From IMG/VR virus record IMGVR_UViG_3300042997_000825, positions 1 to 32,727 of that record: a stretch of DNA of 32,727 bases. One strand, given 5' to 3'. The DNA is from a virus (taxonomy: Duplodnaviria; Caudoviricetes). Of the stretch, positions 1 through 7,520 are shown one piece after another; position 1 is the first letter of the stretch, and every line of letters begins with the position of its first letter. The notes below the pieces were generated by a model. That model saw only the letters and a program-made list of their open reading frames with translations. It did no database searches and had not been told where the DNA came from. The translations under genes and the position numbers were made by a program.

Positions 1-8
1 AACAAATA

Positions 9-326
9 ATGTCATCTTATATTTCTTCAGGTGGTGCTGGTTCTAGTAGTTACCCAATCACCTTAGGTGGTGCTGGAGGCGGAGGACCTTCTTGGATATC
101 TAAAGCACAAAAAGCAGAACACGATCTCGCTCAAGATGATCGATTAATGAAGCTATTAGAAAACTATCATCCTGTTAAATTACAAGATGACGACTTTCCA
201 GAAAAACTTACTTGGTGTTTAGAAAACTGCCAAAACAAGTTTCGTGATCTAAACATAGACGGGTATCGTATTTGGTATTTTGAAAACGAATCTGATGCTA
301 CATTGTTCGTTCTTAAGTGGTCGTAG
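9..326 (+). CDS. Small phage protein, 'F..W' C-terminal paralog family (copy 1), Gly-rich N-terminus
   Basis: ORF ends WYFENESDATLFVLKWS, a motif shared with four nearby ORFs. Confidence 0.75.
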   Translation: MSSYISSGGAGSSSYPITLGGAGGGGPSWISKAQKAEHDLAQDDRLMKLLENYHPVKLQDDDFPEKLTWCLENCQNKFRDLNIDGYRIWYFENESDATLFVLKWS

Positions 327-512
327 ATGCATTGGGTTGAAAAGAAACCCTTATGTTTAGTGGCTAACGAATGGCTTGGCTCTGATGAAGAATTAGATGA
401 TATTCAAAAATGGTGTCAAGAACATAACTGTGGTCGTAGAACATCATACGATCAATTCCAATTTAAAAATAAAAAACAAATAACAGTATTTCTGCTCCGT
501 TGGGGCAGTTGA
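327..512 (+). CDS. Small phage protein, 'F..W' family (copy 2)
   Basis: Abuts the previous stop (TAGATG); ends FQFKNKKQITVFLLRWGS. Confidence 0.75.
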   Translation: MHWVEKKPLCLVANEWLGSDEELDDIQKWCQEHNCGRRTSYDQFQFKNKKQITVFLLRWGS

Positions 513-537
513 CAAATCAACCAAAAGATGCTATAAT
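509..537 (+). promoter_or_regulatory. Consensus sigma70 promoter
   Basis: TTGACA(509-514)-N17-TATAAT(532-537) with extended -10 TGn. Confidence 0.85.
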
Positions 538-543
538 AGTATT

Positions 544-1350
544 ATGAAAATCGCACTCGCATCAGATGTACATCTAGAGTTTGGTACCCTAGAACTACAC
601 AATACAGAAAACGCAGATGTACTTGTATTATCTGGCGATATCTGTGTGGCTAAACATTTAAATAGAGAACATCATCACGATGCTCGTTATAGAAAATTTT
701 TTAAAGAATGCTGTGAGCGTTTTCCTAAAGTCGTCTATGTTTTAGGTAATCACGAACACTATTCATATGATGTTCAACATACCACTGCACATTTAAAACG
801 TGAATTGGCCTACGACAATCTACACATCATAGATGACGAAACTGTAGATATCGGAGAGTATACTTTCATTGGTGTAACCTTATGGACCAACATGAATGAA
901 GAAGATAGTCTTACTTTATATCACGTAAGTTCAATGATGTCAGATTTCCAGAGCATTAAGAACAGTGCTAGGACCTTAAATGAATGGGGTAAATCTTCAC
1001 GACTAACTCCAGAAGATACCGTTATATTTCATAAGAAGAGCATGGACTATATCAATCACATTACCTACGATCGCCCAACCCATAAGTTTATCGTAGTTGG
1101 GCATCATTGTCCTAGCTTCAAAAGCGTGCATCCTAAGTATGCCCACGACAAGATCATGAATGGTGCGTTTGCCAGCGACCTAGATGACTTCATCGCTTAT
1201 CGTCCACAGATTAAGTTGTGGACACACGGTCATACACATGAGCCATTCGACTATATGATTGGTGCTACACGTGTGGTGTGTAACCCTCGCGGCTATAGTG
1301 GTCACGAACCGCAGGCTGATAGTTTCAAATTACGATACATTGATTTATGA
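544..1350 (+). CDS. Calcineurin-like metallophosphoesterase
   Basis: Motifs SDVH, GDI, GNHE, GHH, HGHTH and the terminal NPRGY. Confidence 0.9.
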   Translation: MKIALASDVHLEFGTLELHNTENADVLVLSGDICVAKHLNREHHHDARYRKFFKECCERFPKVVYVLGNHEHYSYDVQHTTAHLKRELAYDNLHIIDDETVDIGEYTFIGVTLWTNMNEEDSLTLYHVSSMMSDFQSIKNSARTLNEWGKSSRLTPEDTVIFHKKSMDYINHITYDRPTHKFIVVGHHCPSFKSVHPKYAHDKIMNGAFASDLDDFIAYRPQIKLWTHGHTHEPFDYMIGATRVVCNPRGYSGHEPQADSFKLRYIDL

Positions 1351-1610
1351 TAAAAATATCCATGTATCCATACTGGTTTAATGCTATTAAGTATTTTGAT
1401 AAAAATGTTATTAAAGATCATAAAGATAATGAATTATATAATACAACTTTAAAACAGTGGTTTGAAGGACAAGGTGCCAAAGTGATCCCAGTGCCAGAAG
1501 ATGACGACTCGAATCCATTGCGTGAATGGTTTATGTTTGAAGACGAAACTAAAGCAACAATTTTTATGACAAGGTGGTCTAATGAAGTTACTTATGGCAA
1601 TAGTATATAA
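1347..1610 (+). CDS. Small phage protein, 'F..W' family (copy 3)
   Basis: ATGA overlap with the upstream stop; contains FMFEDETKATIFMTRWS. Confidence 0.75.
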   Translation: MIKISMYPYWFNAIKYFDKNVIKDHKDNELYNTTLKQWFEGQGAKVIPVPEDDDSNPLREWFMFEDETKATIFMTRWSNEVTYGNSI

Positions 1611-1710
1611 TTTAAGTCTACTAGCGGGTACTGCCTACTTGGTAGGATGGTGTGGATGGAATCCTTGGTGGTTCTTGTTTACCTTAATGTTATTAGCATC
1701 GTCTAGATAA
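1582..1710 (+). CDS. Small hydrophobic membrane protein, 42 aa (not in the ORF track)
   Basis: MKLLMAIVYNLSLLAGTAYLVGWCGWNPWWFLFTLMLLASSR; two hydrophobic stretches; fills the gap between neighbouring genes. Confidence 0.6.
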   Translation: MKLLMAIVYNLSLLAGTAYLVGWCGWNPWWFLFTLMLLASSR

Positions 1711-1722
1711 TGAATCGAATCG

Positions 1723-1974
1723 ATGAAATCAGTTGAATTAGAAGCAGACGATTGGGAACAACGCATTTGGCCCTCACTGTTAAGAACGCACGGTATGAGT
1801 ATTGCTATTCGTGATGTATGTAAACGCAAACTTGGATTCACCGTTCGCCGACATCGTAGAGAAGTCAAAGACGAAGTTGATATCTTTTGGACTGACGAAC
1901 AAACCTTTATTCACCTTGATTTTTATGATGAGCAAAAGAAGGTGATGTTTATGTTAAAATGGTGCGGAGAATAA
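1723..1974 (+). CDS. Small phage protein, 'F..W' family (copy 4)
   Basis: Ends LDFYDEQKKVMFMLKWCGE. Confidence 0.75.
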   Translation: MKSVELEADDWEQRIWPSLLRTHGMSIAIRDVCKRKLGFTVRRHRREVKDEVDIFWTDEQTFIHLDFYDEQKKVMFMLKWCGE

Positions 1975-1975
1975 A

Positions 1976-2200
1976 ATGAATAAACTAGATAGATGGCCGC
2001 CACCAGATTGGCCTGAGGTCGTTATTAAATGGGAACAGATGTTAGAAAGCCCCAACTATAATCCCAATATGATCGTAACTTGGGTAGATCACACATGCGG
2101 TGGAAGATATCATCTGCACGGATATCAGAACACAAAAGGATTTGCTTTCCGTTTTGAAGATCCTAAAGATGCTACATTGTTTGCACTAAGATGGGCATGA
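1976..2200 (+). CDS. Small phage protein, 'F..W' family (copy 5)
   Basis: GGAG ribosome-binding site upstream; ends FRFEDPKDATLFALRWA. Confidence 0.75.
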   Translation: MNKLDRWPPPDWPEVVIKWEQMLESPNYNPNMIVTWVDHTCGGRYHLHGYQNTKGFAFRFEDPKDATLFALRWA

Positions 2201-2206
2201 GTTAGA

Positions 2207-2235
2207 TTGACAAACAGTCTATATGATGCTATAAT
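2207..2235 (+). promoter_or_regulatory. Consensus sigma70 promoter
   Basis: TTGACA(2207-2212)-N17-TATAAT(2230-2235) with extended -10 TGn. Confidence 0.85.
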
Positions 2236-2279
2236 AGTTTATAGTACAAAAACATCATATATTTAGAAAGGATTACTTA

Positions 2280-2573
2280 ATGTCTAATAGACACACTTTT
2301 TGGTCTATTTTTATCGTGGCAGCATTATCATTAGCATCTTTACTCTACAGTGTACATCAATTCAATATAGAGTTAGAAGCATCGAGACAGACTAATGTCA
2401 AATTAGAAAAACAACTTGAAGAAGTTAAATCATACGACCTATCATTGAAAAATGATATTAATGTTTTAAAAAATCGTATTAAAAATCTTGAAAAAGATCT
2501 TGAAGTCACACAAGAACTACAGCGTAAACAGGCATTAGCAATATTAGAATTACGCAAAGGCAAGAAAAAATAA
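2280..2573 (+). CDS. Membrane-anchored coiled-coil protein
   Basis: AAAGGA RBS; N-terminal TM helix FWSIFIVAALSLASLLY followed by a heptad-rich Leu/Glu/Lys region. Confidence 0.7.
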   Translation: MSNRHTFWSIFIVAALSLASLLYSVHQFNIELEASRQTNVKLEKQLEEVKSYDLSLKNDINVLKNRIKNLEKDLEVTQELQRKQALAILELRKGKKK

Positions 2574-3056
2574 TTGCATCTTTGGATATTACCACTGATG
2601 TTTTTATTAAATGGATGCGTTACTATGATAGCAGGTAACATGGGTGCAGGGGCTACTGCTGTAGCCGTGGCCGAAGCCGTAGATACTGCGAAAACTGCTG
2701 GTGATGCTGTGGCCTATGGCACCACTGGTAAAACCCTAACTGATCATGCCTTAGACAAGGTAACTGGTAAAGATTGTAGAATGTTTAATATATTTGACCA
2801 TAAGAAAGTTTGTAGAATAAAGAAAACTTATTTTCATGTAGGAGGGGAGTATGGACAGAAAAGAAGATTGGCAAGAAGTGGCGGAGTTAGTTTTCAATAC
2901 ATTGAGACTCCTAAACCTACAAGATCCGCAACAGAAGAAATTAGAAGAACCTCTACGAGGAATACTAGCCATAAGTTATCAAAAAATAAACGAGTATCCA
3001 AAGCCCATAGATCCAAGGCCAAAGTGCCGCACCGAGGAGTTAATAAGTTAAAATGA
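2574..3056 (+). CDS. Putative lipoprotein
   Basis: TTG start; hydrophobic leader with lipobox-like LLNG|C; the C-terminal ~65 aa are very basic and overlap another ORF, so the true end is uncertain. Confidence 0.55.
   Translation: MHLWILPLMFLLNGCVTMIAGNMGAGATAVAVAEAVDTAKTAGDAVAYGTTGKTLTDHALDKVTGKDCRMFNIFDHKKVCRIKKTYFHVGGEYGQKRRLARSGGVSFQYIETPKPTRSATEEIRRTSTRNTSHKLSKNKRVSKAHRSKAKVPHRGVNKLK
2851..3051 (+). CDS. Hypothetical protein nested in another frame of the lipoprotein gene
   Basis: Strong SD (GGAGGGGAG) directly upstream; protein-like helical composition; ends 1 nt before the next ATG. Confidence 0.55.
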   Translation: MDRKEDWQEVAELVFNTLRLLNLQDPQQKKLEEPLRGILAISYQKINEYPKPIDPRPKCRTEELIS

Positions 3057-3418
3057 AAATAGGATTTAGATTATCTAAGTGTATAGAAGATATTGCTCAC
3101 GAACGAGTTAAAGTAGAGGACGTGGCATTTGTTGTCAGTCTTACCAGCATTCGTGAAGGTCGAAATCTTGAAGATATAATAGATAACTGGATACACAGTA
3201 CCGTACTTGATGCCAATTATCGTGAAATTTATATTGACACACTTAGAGACTTATTAGCTCTTAACAAATTAATACAACCTAGATTACAAGGGATTGACAG
3301 ACATTGGATTCCAGATTCTACATATCATTGGATGGATATGTATCCTAGCCAGTCACCCAAAAATCAAGCAGTTGAAACAGCATGGAACAATTATCGAGTT
3401 ATACAGGAATTATCATAA
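3053..3418 (+). CDS. Hypothetical phage protein
   Basis: 121-aa ORF in a packed + strand operon. Confidence 0.7.
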   Translation: MKIGFRLSKCIEDIAHERVKVEDVAFVVSLTSIREGRNLEDIIDNWIHSTVLDANYREIYIDTLRDLLALNKLIQPRLQGIDRHWIPDSTYHWMDMYPSQSPKNQAVETAWNNYRVIQELS

Positions 3419-3786
3419 TGGACATCATAATCTTACTATTGGCACTATTTGGTATCAAGCATTTTATCTGTGATTTTTTACTACAGTTTCCTTATATGAT
3501 ACGTGAAAAAGGCACATACGGCGCAGAGGGAGGATGGCACCATGCAGGCCTACATGCAGCCTTTACTTTGTTAATCTGTGTGTTTTTTGCCCAAAACTTA
3601 CACGATGCTGTAACTGTAGCAGCAGCAGACGGATTATTACACTATCACATTGATTGGGGTAAACAGCAGTTGAACAAAGGGTTAACCACAGTTGATCGCA
3701 TGTTTTGGGTTTGGTTAGGTGCAGATCAAGGTCTCCATTATCTAACTTATGTGGGGATAATTGGATATCTTGTCAGCGTCTTCTAA
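3418..3786 (+). CDS. DUF3307-like membrane protein (start corrected to 3418)
   Basis: TAATG overlap; motifs HFICDFLLQ, HAGLH, HYHIDWGK, DQGLH in hydrophobic helices. Confidence 0.75.
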   Translation: MDIIILLLALFGIKHFICDFLLQFPYMIREKGTYGAEGGWHHAGLHAAFTLLICVFFAQNLHDAVTVAAADGLLHYHIDWGKQQLNKGLTTVDRMFWVWLGADQGLHYLTYVGIIGYLVSVF

Positions 3787-3838
3787 ATTATAGTATGCTA
3801 TAATCATGATAAATACAGGGTCTACCTAAGGTGCTATT

Positions 3839-4408
3839 TTGAAGAAAAACAACGAATTCAACGCCAGCGATCGTATAGGCATTAGCCTATTGGAAAAATC
3901 TCACTATTTCCTCACCGGAGAAATTACTGAGGAAACGGTGAACGACTGTATCAAATGGATCACCTACGAAAATCTCATTATTCAACCTAGAGAAAACAAG
4001 TTCCTAACATTGTATATCAATAGTATAGGCGGCGACCTTTATTCTGCATTTGCATTAATCGATATCATGAAAGCCAGCAAACTTAAAATCAAGACTATTG
4101 GGATTGGATCTGTTATGAGTGCAGGATTCTTGATTTTTATCAGTGGTGCTAAAGGTCAGAGATACATAGCTAAAAATACAGGTATTATGTGCCATCAGAT
4201 GAGTACCGGATACGACGACAAATATCATGATGTTAAAGCACAGATGAAAGAAAATGAAAACTGTGTAGATAGAATGATAGATATTCTACGAGAAGGAACA
4301 GGCAAAAGTGTAGCTATGATAAAAAATAAATTATTGCCTCCGACTGATGTTTGGATGACAGCAGAAGAATTAATAGAATTTGGTGCAGCAGATCAATTGC
4401 TAAAATAA
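3839..4408 (+). CDS. clpP: ClpP-family protease proteolytic subunit
   Basis: YINSIGG, MSAG (catalytic Ser), IMCHQ (His), DVWMTAEE (Asp) and FGAAD; TTG start after AAGGTG. Confidence 0.85.
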   Translation: MKKNNEFNASDRIGISLLEKSHYFLTGEITEETVNDCIKWITYENLIIQPRENKFLTLYINSIGGDLYSAFALIDIMKASKLKIKTIGIGSVMSAGFLIFISGAKGQRYIAKNTGIMCHQMSTGYDDKYHDVKAQMKENENCVDRMIDILREGTGKSVAMIKNKLLPPTDVWMTAEELIEFGAADQLLK

Positions 4409-4417
4409 GGAAAAACG

Positions 4418-4660
4418 ATGGATAACATTATTAGTTTTGAACCAAAAGACAAAGCCGCGGAACATCGTAGAGATGAAATGCTCGAAGTCATCAATTACAT
4501 GAAAAAACAAATCGAAAGTGGACAGATCAAAGAATTCATTGCGTGTTCATTAGACGAAGACGGCCTTGCACAAATCCATGTCAGCACATTAGACACCCCA
4601 GGCGCAGTTGGCCTATTCGAAATTGGAAAACATCTTCTAATTTCTCAAGACGCAATTTAA
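4418..4660 (+). CDS. Hypothetical protein
   Basis: AAGGA RBS; 80-aa ORF. Confidence 0.7.
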   Translation: MDNIISFEPKDKAAEHRRDEMLEVINYMKKQIESGQIKEFIACSLDEDGLAQIHVSTLDTPGAVGLFEIGKHLLISQDAI

Positions 4661-4670
4661 TTAATCTCTA

Positions 4671-5252
4671 ATGCCATCGGTATTTTTAGTAAGTGATACT
4701 CACTTTGGTCACGCTGGTGTCTGTCGTTTCACGCACGAAGATACCGGAGTTAAAATTCGCCCTTGGACTGATCCAGATGAAATGGATGAGTTTATGGTAA
4801 AGGCATGGAACGAAACAGTTGGACCTAACGATAAAGTTTACCATTTAGGTGACGTTGTTATTAATCGTAAAGCGTTAAAAATCATGTCGAGATTAAACGG
4901 CGACAAAGTTTTAATTCGTGGTAACCATGACATCTTTAGAGACGATGAATATCGTGAACACTTCCGTGAACTGCGTGCCTATCACGTTATGAACGGAATG
5001 ATATTAAGTCATATACCTATACATCCAGCAAGTTTAGGACGATTTGGTACAAATATACACGGACATCTACACACCGGTCGTGTGTTAATGGATTCTGGTA
5101 TAGATTTTGAAACTGGTAAAAAACCAATTGACCCTAGATATCATTGTGTATGTGTAGAGCAAACAGACTTTCGTCCTATCTTGTTCGAAGACGTTATCAA
5201 GCGTATCGAAGCAGAAGGTGGCAATATAGGATTTCAGAACGGTAATATGTAA
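4671..5252 (+). CDS. Metallophosphoesterase (phage type)
   Basis: SDTHFGH, HLGDV, GNHD, SHIP, HGHLH motifs. Confidence 0.9.
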   Translation: MPSVFLVSDTHFGHAGVCRFTHEDTGVKIRPWTDPDEMDEFMVKAWNETVGPNDKVYHLGDVVINRKALKIMSRLNGDKVLIRGNHDIFRDDEYREHFRELRAYHVMNGMILSHIPIHPASLGRFGTNIHGHLHTGRVLMDSGIDFETGKKPIDPRYHCVCVEQTDFRPILFEDVIKRIEAEGGNIGFQNGNM

Positions 5253-5281
5253 TTGACAATCCTCGTTAATTACTGTATAAT
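5253..5281 (+). promoter_or_regulatory. Consensus sigma70 promoter driving the tRNA cluster
   Basis: TTGACA(5253-5258)-N17-TATAAT(5276-5281), 13 nt before tRNA-Arg. Confidence 0.85.
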
Positions 5282-5294
5282 AGTTATATAGTAC

Positions 5295-5371
5295 CTGCCC
5301 TTAGCTCAGCCGGATAGAGCAACAGTCTTCTAAGCTGTAGGTCAGTGGTTCGAATCCACTAGGGCAGGCCA
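5295..5371 (+). tRNA. tRNA-Arg(UCU)
   Basis: Acceptor CTGCCCT/AGGGCAG; anticodon arm ACAGT-CT TCT AA-GCTGT; TTCGAAT T-loop; A20; encoded CCA. Confidence 0.95.
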
Positions 5372-5379
5372 CAAGAATT

Positions 5380-5467
5380 GGAAACGTGGCCGAGTGGTCG
5401 AAGGCACTTCACTGCTAACGAAGCAAACCGAAAGGTTTCAAGAGTTCGAATCTCTTCGTTTCCGCCA
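5380..5467 (+). tRNA. tRNA-Ser(GCU)
   Basis: Acceptor GGAAACG/CGTTTCC; anticodon GCT; long variable arm AAACC-GAAA-GGTTT; G73; CCA. Confidence 0.95.
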
Positions 5468-5477
5468 TTTTTAAGTA

Positions 5478-5554
5478 GGGCCTATAGCTCAGTTGGTTAG
5501 AGCAGAGGACTCATAATCCTTTGGTCCCTGGTTCGAGTCCAGGTGGGCCCACCA
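5478..5554 (+). tRNA. tRNA-Ile2(CAU), lysidine type (elongator Met less likely)
   Basis: Acceptor GGGCCTA/TGGGCCC; GAGGA-CT CAT AA-TCCTT; body resembles bacterial Ile2 tRNAs; CCA. Confidence 0.85.
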
Positions 5555-5563
5555 AAGATTTAT

Positions 5564-5638
5564 CGCGGGGTGGAGAAGTGGCAACTCGACAGTCTCATAA
5601 GCTGTAGATCGGCGGTTCGAATCCGTCCCCCGCAACCA
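5564..5638 (+). tRNA. Initiator-type tRNA-fMet(CAU) with atypical anticodon stem
   Basis: Acceptor CGCGGGG/CCCCGCA with C1:A72 mismatch; A11:U24; anticodon CAT; CCA. Confidence 0.9.
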
Positions 5639-5650
5639 ATTAAGGATAGT

Positions 5651-6355
5651 ATGAAGAAAACACTTTGGTTATATGGTGATAGTTTTACAGAATTAAAAAA
5701 TAAAACTATACCGCATGATCCTTGGTATAAGATACTCGCAGAAAAATTAGGTGTCGAGCGGGTGATGAATCGAGGTGAGAGTGGTATCGCTAATACACGA
5801 ATCGCCGAATTATTTTGGAACGATATTCACGATCACCAACCAGAAGATTTTGTTTTATCACAGTTAACAGAAAGTTCGAGAATATGGTTTTTTGAAGATA
5901 GGCCAGATCTTTCTAATTGGCAAAATATGTTATTGTTTTTTAATGTGATCAGCAAAGAACAGAAAAATGCTGTTGAACAATATCTAAAATATCTAGATAA
6001 TGCTAAACGTGATTATGCTATAGATCGTAGTATTGGTTTTTCTTTAATAGCAGCCAGTCGTGCTCGTAGTAGAGTATTCAGCGCATTTGATGAGATTCCG
6101 GGGCAGAAGGGTACGTTATTAGAAGTGTCTGTGAAAGAATTCCCAGGCGATAGTTACCAAGAACAGTTTGAAATTTTAAGCAAAGTTTCTCAGAAAGAAG
6201 GATACGGTGATTATAGGATTAATCATTTATCCAAAGACAATCATCAGATATTAGCAGACAAGTTATATAATTGGTTTACTTTGGATAATGAACCATTGGA
6301 TTTTAGTACCAATTTCAAAGAAAAAATTATACAGAAAGATCTTTTGAATGTATAA
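5651..6355 (+). CDS. SGNH/GDSL-like hydrolase (start corrected to 5651)
   Basis: AAGGA RBS; LYGDSFT block I, NRGESG block II, C-terminal NHLS..NH. Confidence 0.7.
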   Translation: MKKTLWLYGDSFTELKNKTIPHDPWYKILAEKLGVERVMNRGESGIANTRIAELFWNDIHDHQPEDFVLSQLTESSRIWFFEDRPDLSNWQNMLLFFNVISKEQKNAVEQYLKYLDNAKRDYAIDRSIGFSLIAASRARSRVFSAFDEIPGQKGTLLEVSVKEFPGDSYQEQFEILSKVSQKEGYGDYRINHLSKDNHQILADKLYNWFTLDNEPLDFSTNFKEKIIQKDLLNV

Positions 6356-6365
6356 TATAAACAAT

Positions 6366-6441
6366 GCTCCCATCGTCTAGAGGCCGAGGACACCCGCCTT
6401 TCACGCAGGTAACACGAGTTCGAATCTCGTTGGGAGTACCA
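6366..6441 (+). tRNA. tRNA-Glu(UUC)
   Basis: Acceptor GCTCCCA/TGGGAGT; CCCGC-CT TTC AC-GCAGG; TTCGAAT; CCA. Confidence 0.93.
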
Positions 6442-6459
6442 ATTTAATAGGAGAAGCAG

Positions 6460-6732
6460 ATGTCACAGGTAACAGCAAGTCATATTTTAGTAGAAGATTT
6501 AAACACAGCTAATACATTAAAAGCAAAGATTGCAAGTGGTGAAAATTTTGCCTCCCTCGCACAGACACACAGCAAATGTCCTAGTGGCAGTAATGGTGGT
6601 AACCTAGGACCGTTTGGTCGTGGCCAAATGGTCAAACCGTTTGAAGATGCTGCTTTTGGTTTAGAAGTTGGTAGTCTAAGTGAGCCAGTTCAAACACAGT
6701 TTGGTTGGCATCTAATTCAGCGCACCGCTTAA
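6460..6732 (+). CDS. ppiC: Parvulin-type peptidyl-prolyl isomerase
   Basis: ASHILV, HSKCPS, GGNLG, GQMVKPFE, TQFGWHLI; AGGAG RBS. Confidence 0.95.
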   Translation: MSQVTASHILVEDLNTANTLKAKIASGENFASLAQTHSKCPSGSNGGNLGPFGRGQMVKPFEDAAFGLEVGSLSEPVQTQFGWHLIQRTA

Positions 6733-6755
6733 TATAAAAGGATAATTATTGTATC

Positions 6756-6920
6756 ATGAAACCAAACGCAAACTTCAATTTAAGTAAATCAGCAAAACAG
6801 ATGATCGCTAACACCCCTAAAGAAAACCGCAATCTTGTCAAAAAGATGTTTATACAAGCAGAGTTAGCTTCATCTCAACCTTTCCGCGGACCACGTGTTA
6901 AAGAAAATAATAAGGAGTAA
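6756..6920 (+). CDS. Small basic hypothetical protein, 54 aa (not in the ORF track)
   Basis: MKPNANFNLSKSAKQMIANTPKENRNLVKKMFIQAELASSQPFRGPRVKENNKE; fills the gap exactly. Confidence 0.65.
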   Translation: MKPNANFNLSKSAKQMIANTPKENRNLVKKMFIQAELASSQPFRGPRVKENNKE

Positions 6921-6923
6921 CCC

Positions 6924-7226
6924 ATGGCACACGAAGCAGGAAAAGGCAGTCGCCCTCGTCCTTTTAGTGTCAGCAAGGATGAGTTTGACAATAGATTTGA
7001 CGCTATCTTTGGCAAAAAGAAAAAAGAAATATTACCAGAGTTTGAGCTGAACAAATCTACAGGCGAAGTTGAAAAAGTGTATCCAGCAGATACCCCTATT
7101 GGTGAAATATCTAGATTAGTCGCTGAGGGAACTCTTCAAGCAACACAAGGTAATTGTACTTGTGGTAGAACAAAAGATCCAGATGGCAACTGCGACGGTA
7201 GTCATTCATTCATAGAAAAAGATTAA
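6924..7226 (+). CDS. CDGSH iron-sulfur domain protein
   Basis: C-terminal CTCGRTKDPDGNCDGSH; AAGGAG RBS. Confidence 0.85.
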   Translation: MAHEAGKGSRPRPFSVSKDEFDNRFDAIFGKKKKEILPEFELNKSTGEVEKVYPADTPIGEISRLVAEGTLQATQGNCTCGRTKDPDGNCDGSHSFIEKD

Positions 7227-7235
7227 GGAGTTATT

Positions 7236-7415
7236 ATGGCATCAAAGAAAACAGCAAACCCAATGCAGACCCGTACAGGTAAACCTAGACTAGGTCCATT
7301 AAATTTAAATCAATTAAACACAATGTTAGAAAAAACTTCTAAGAAAAAAGACAAACGTAAGATTCTTAATAGAATTGCGTTGGTCCAAGAAAGAACAACT
7401 GTAACAACTGTTTAA
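7236..7415 (+). CDS. Small basic hypothetical protein, 59 aa (not in the ORF track)
   Basis: AAGGAG RBS; MASKKTANPMQTRTGKPRLGPLNLNQLNTMLEKTSKKKDKRKILNRIALVQERTTVTTV. Confidence 0.7.
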   Translation: MASKKTANPMQTRTGKPRLGPLNLNQLNTMLEKTSKKKDKRKILNRIALVQERTTVTTV

Positions 7416-7423
7416 AAATTAAC

Positions 7424-7499
7424 GCCGGGTTAGCTCAGCAGGCAGAGCAGCGCACTTGTAATGCGAAGGTCATCAGTTCAATTCCGATACCCGGCACCA
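7424..7499 (+). tRNA. tRNA-Thr(UGU)
   Basis: Acceptor GCCGGGT/ACCCGGC; GCGCA-CT TGT AA-TGCGA; CCA; one T-stem mismatch. Confidence 0.92.
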
Positions 7500-7520
7500 C
7501 AACAATACTAGGAGAATTAA

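Noticed and set aside
5543-5650. ORF-track N-terminal extension of the SGNH-like gene
   Set aside because: Overlaps tRNA-Ile2 and tRNA-fMet; ATG 5651 has an RBS and starts at the GDS block
7236-7415. Ribosomal protein L29-like resemblance of the basic 59-aa ORF
   Set aside because: Only a vague K/R..I.RI pattern; not enough to support the call
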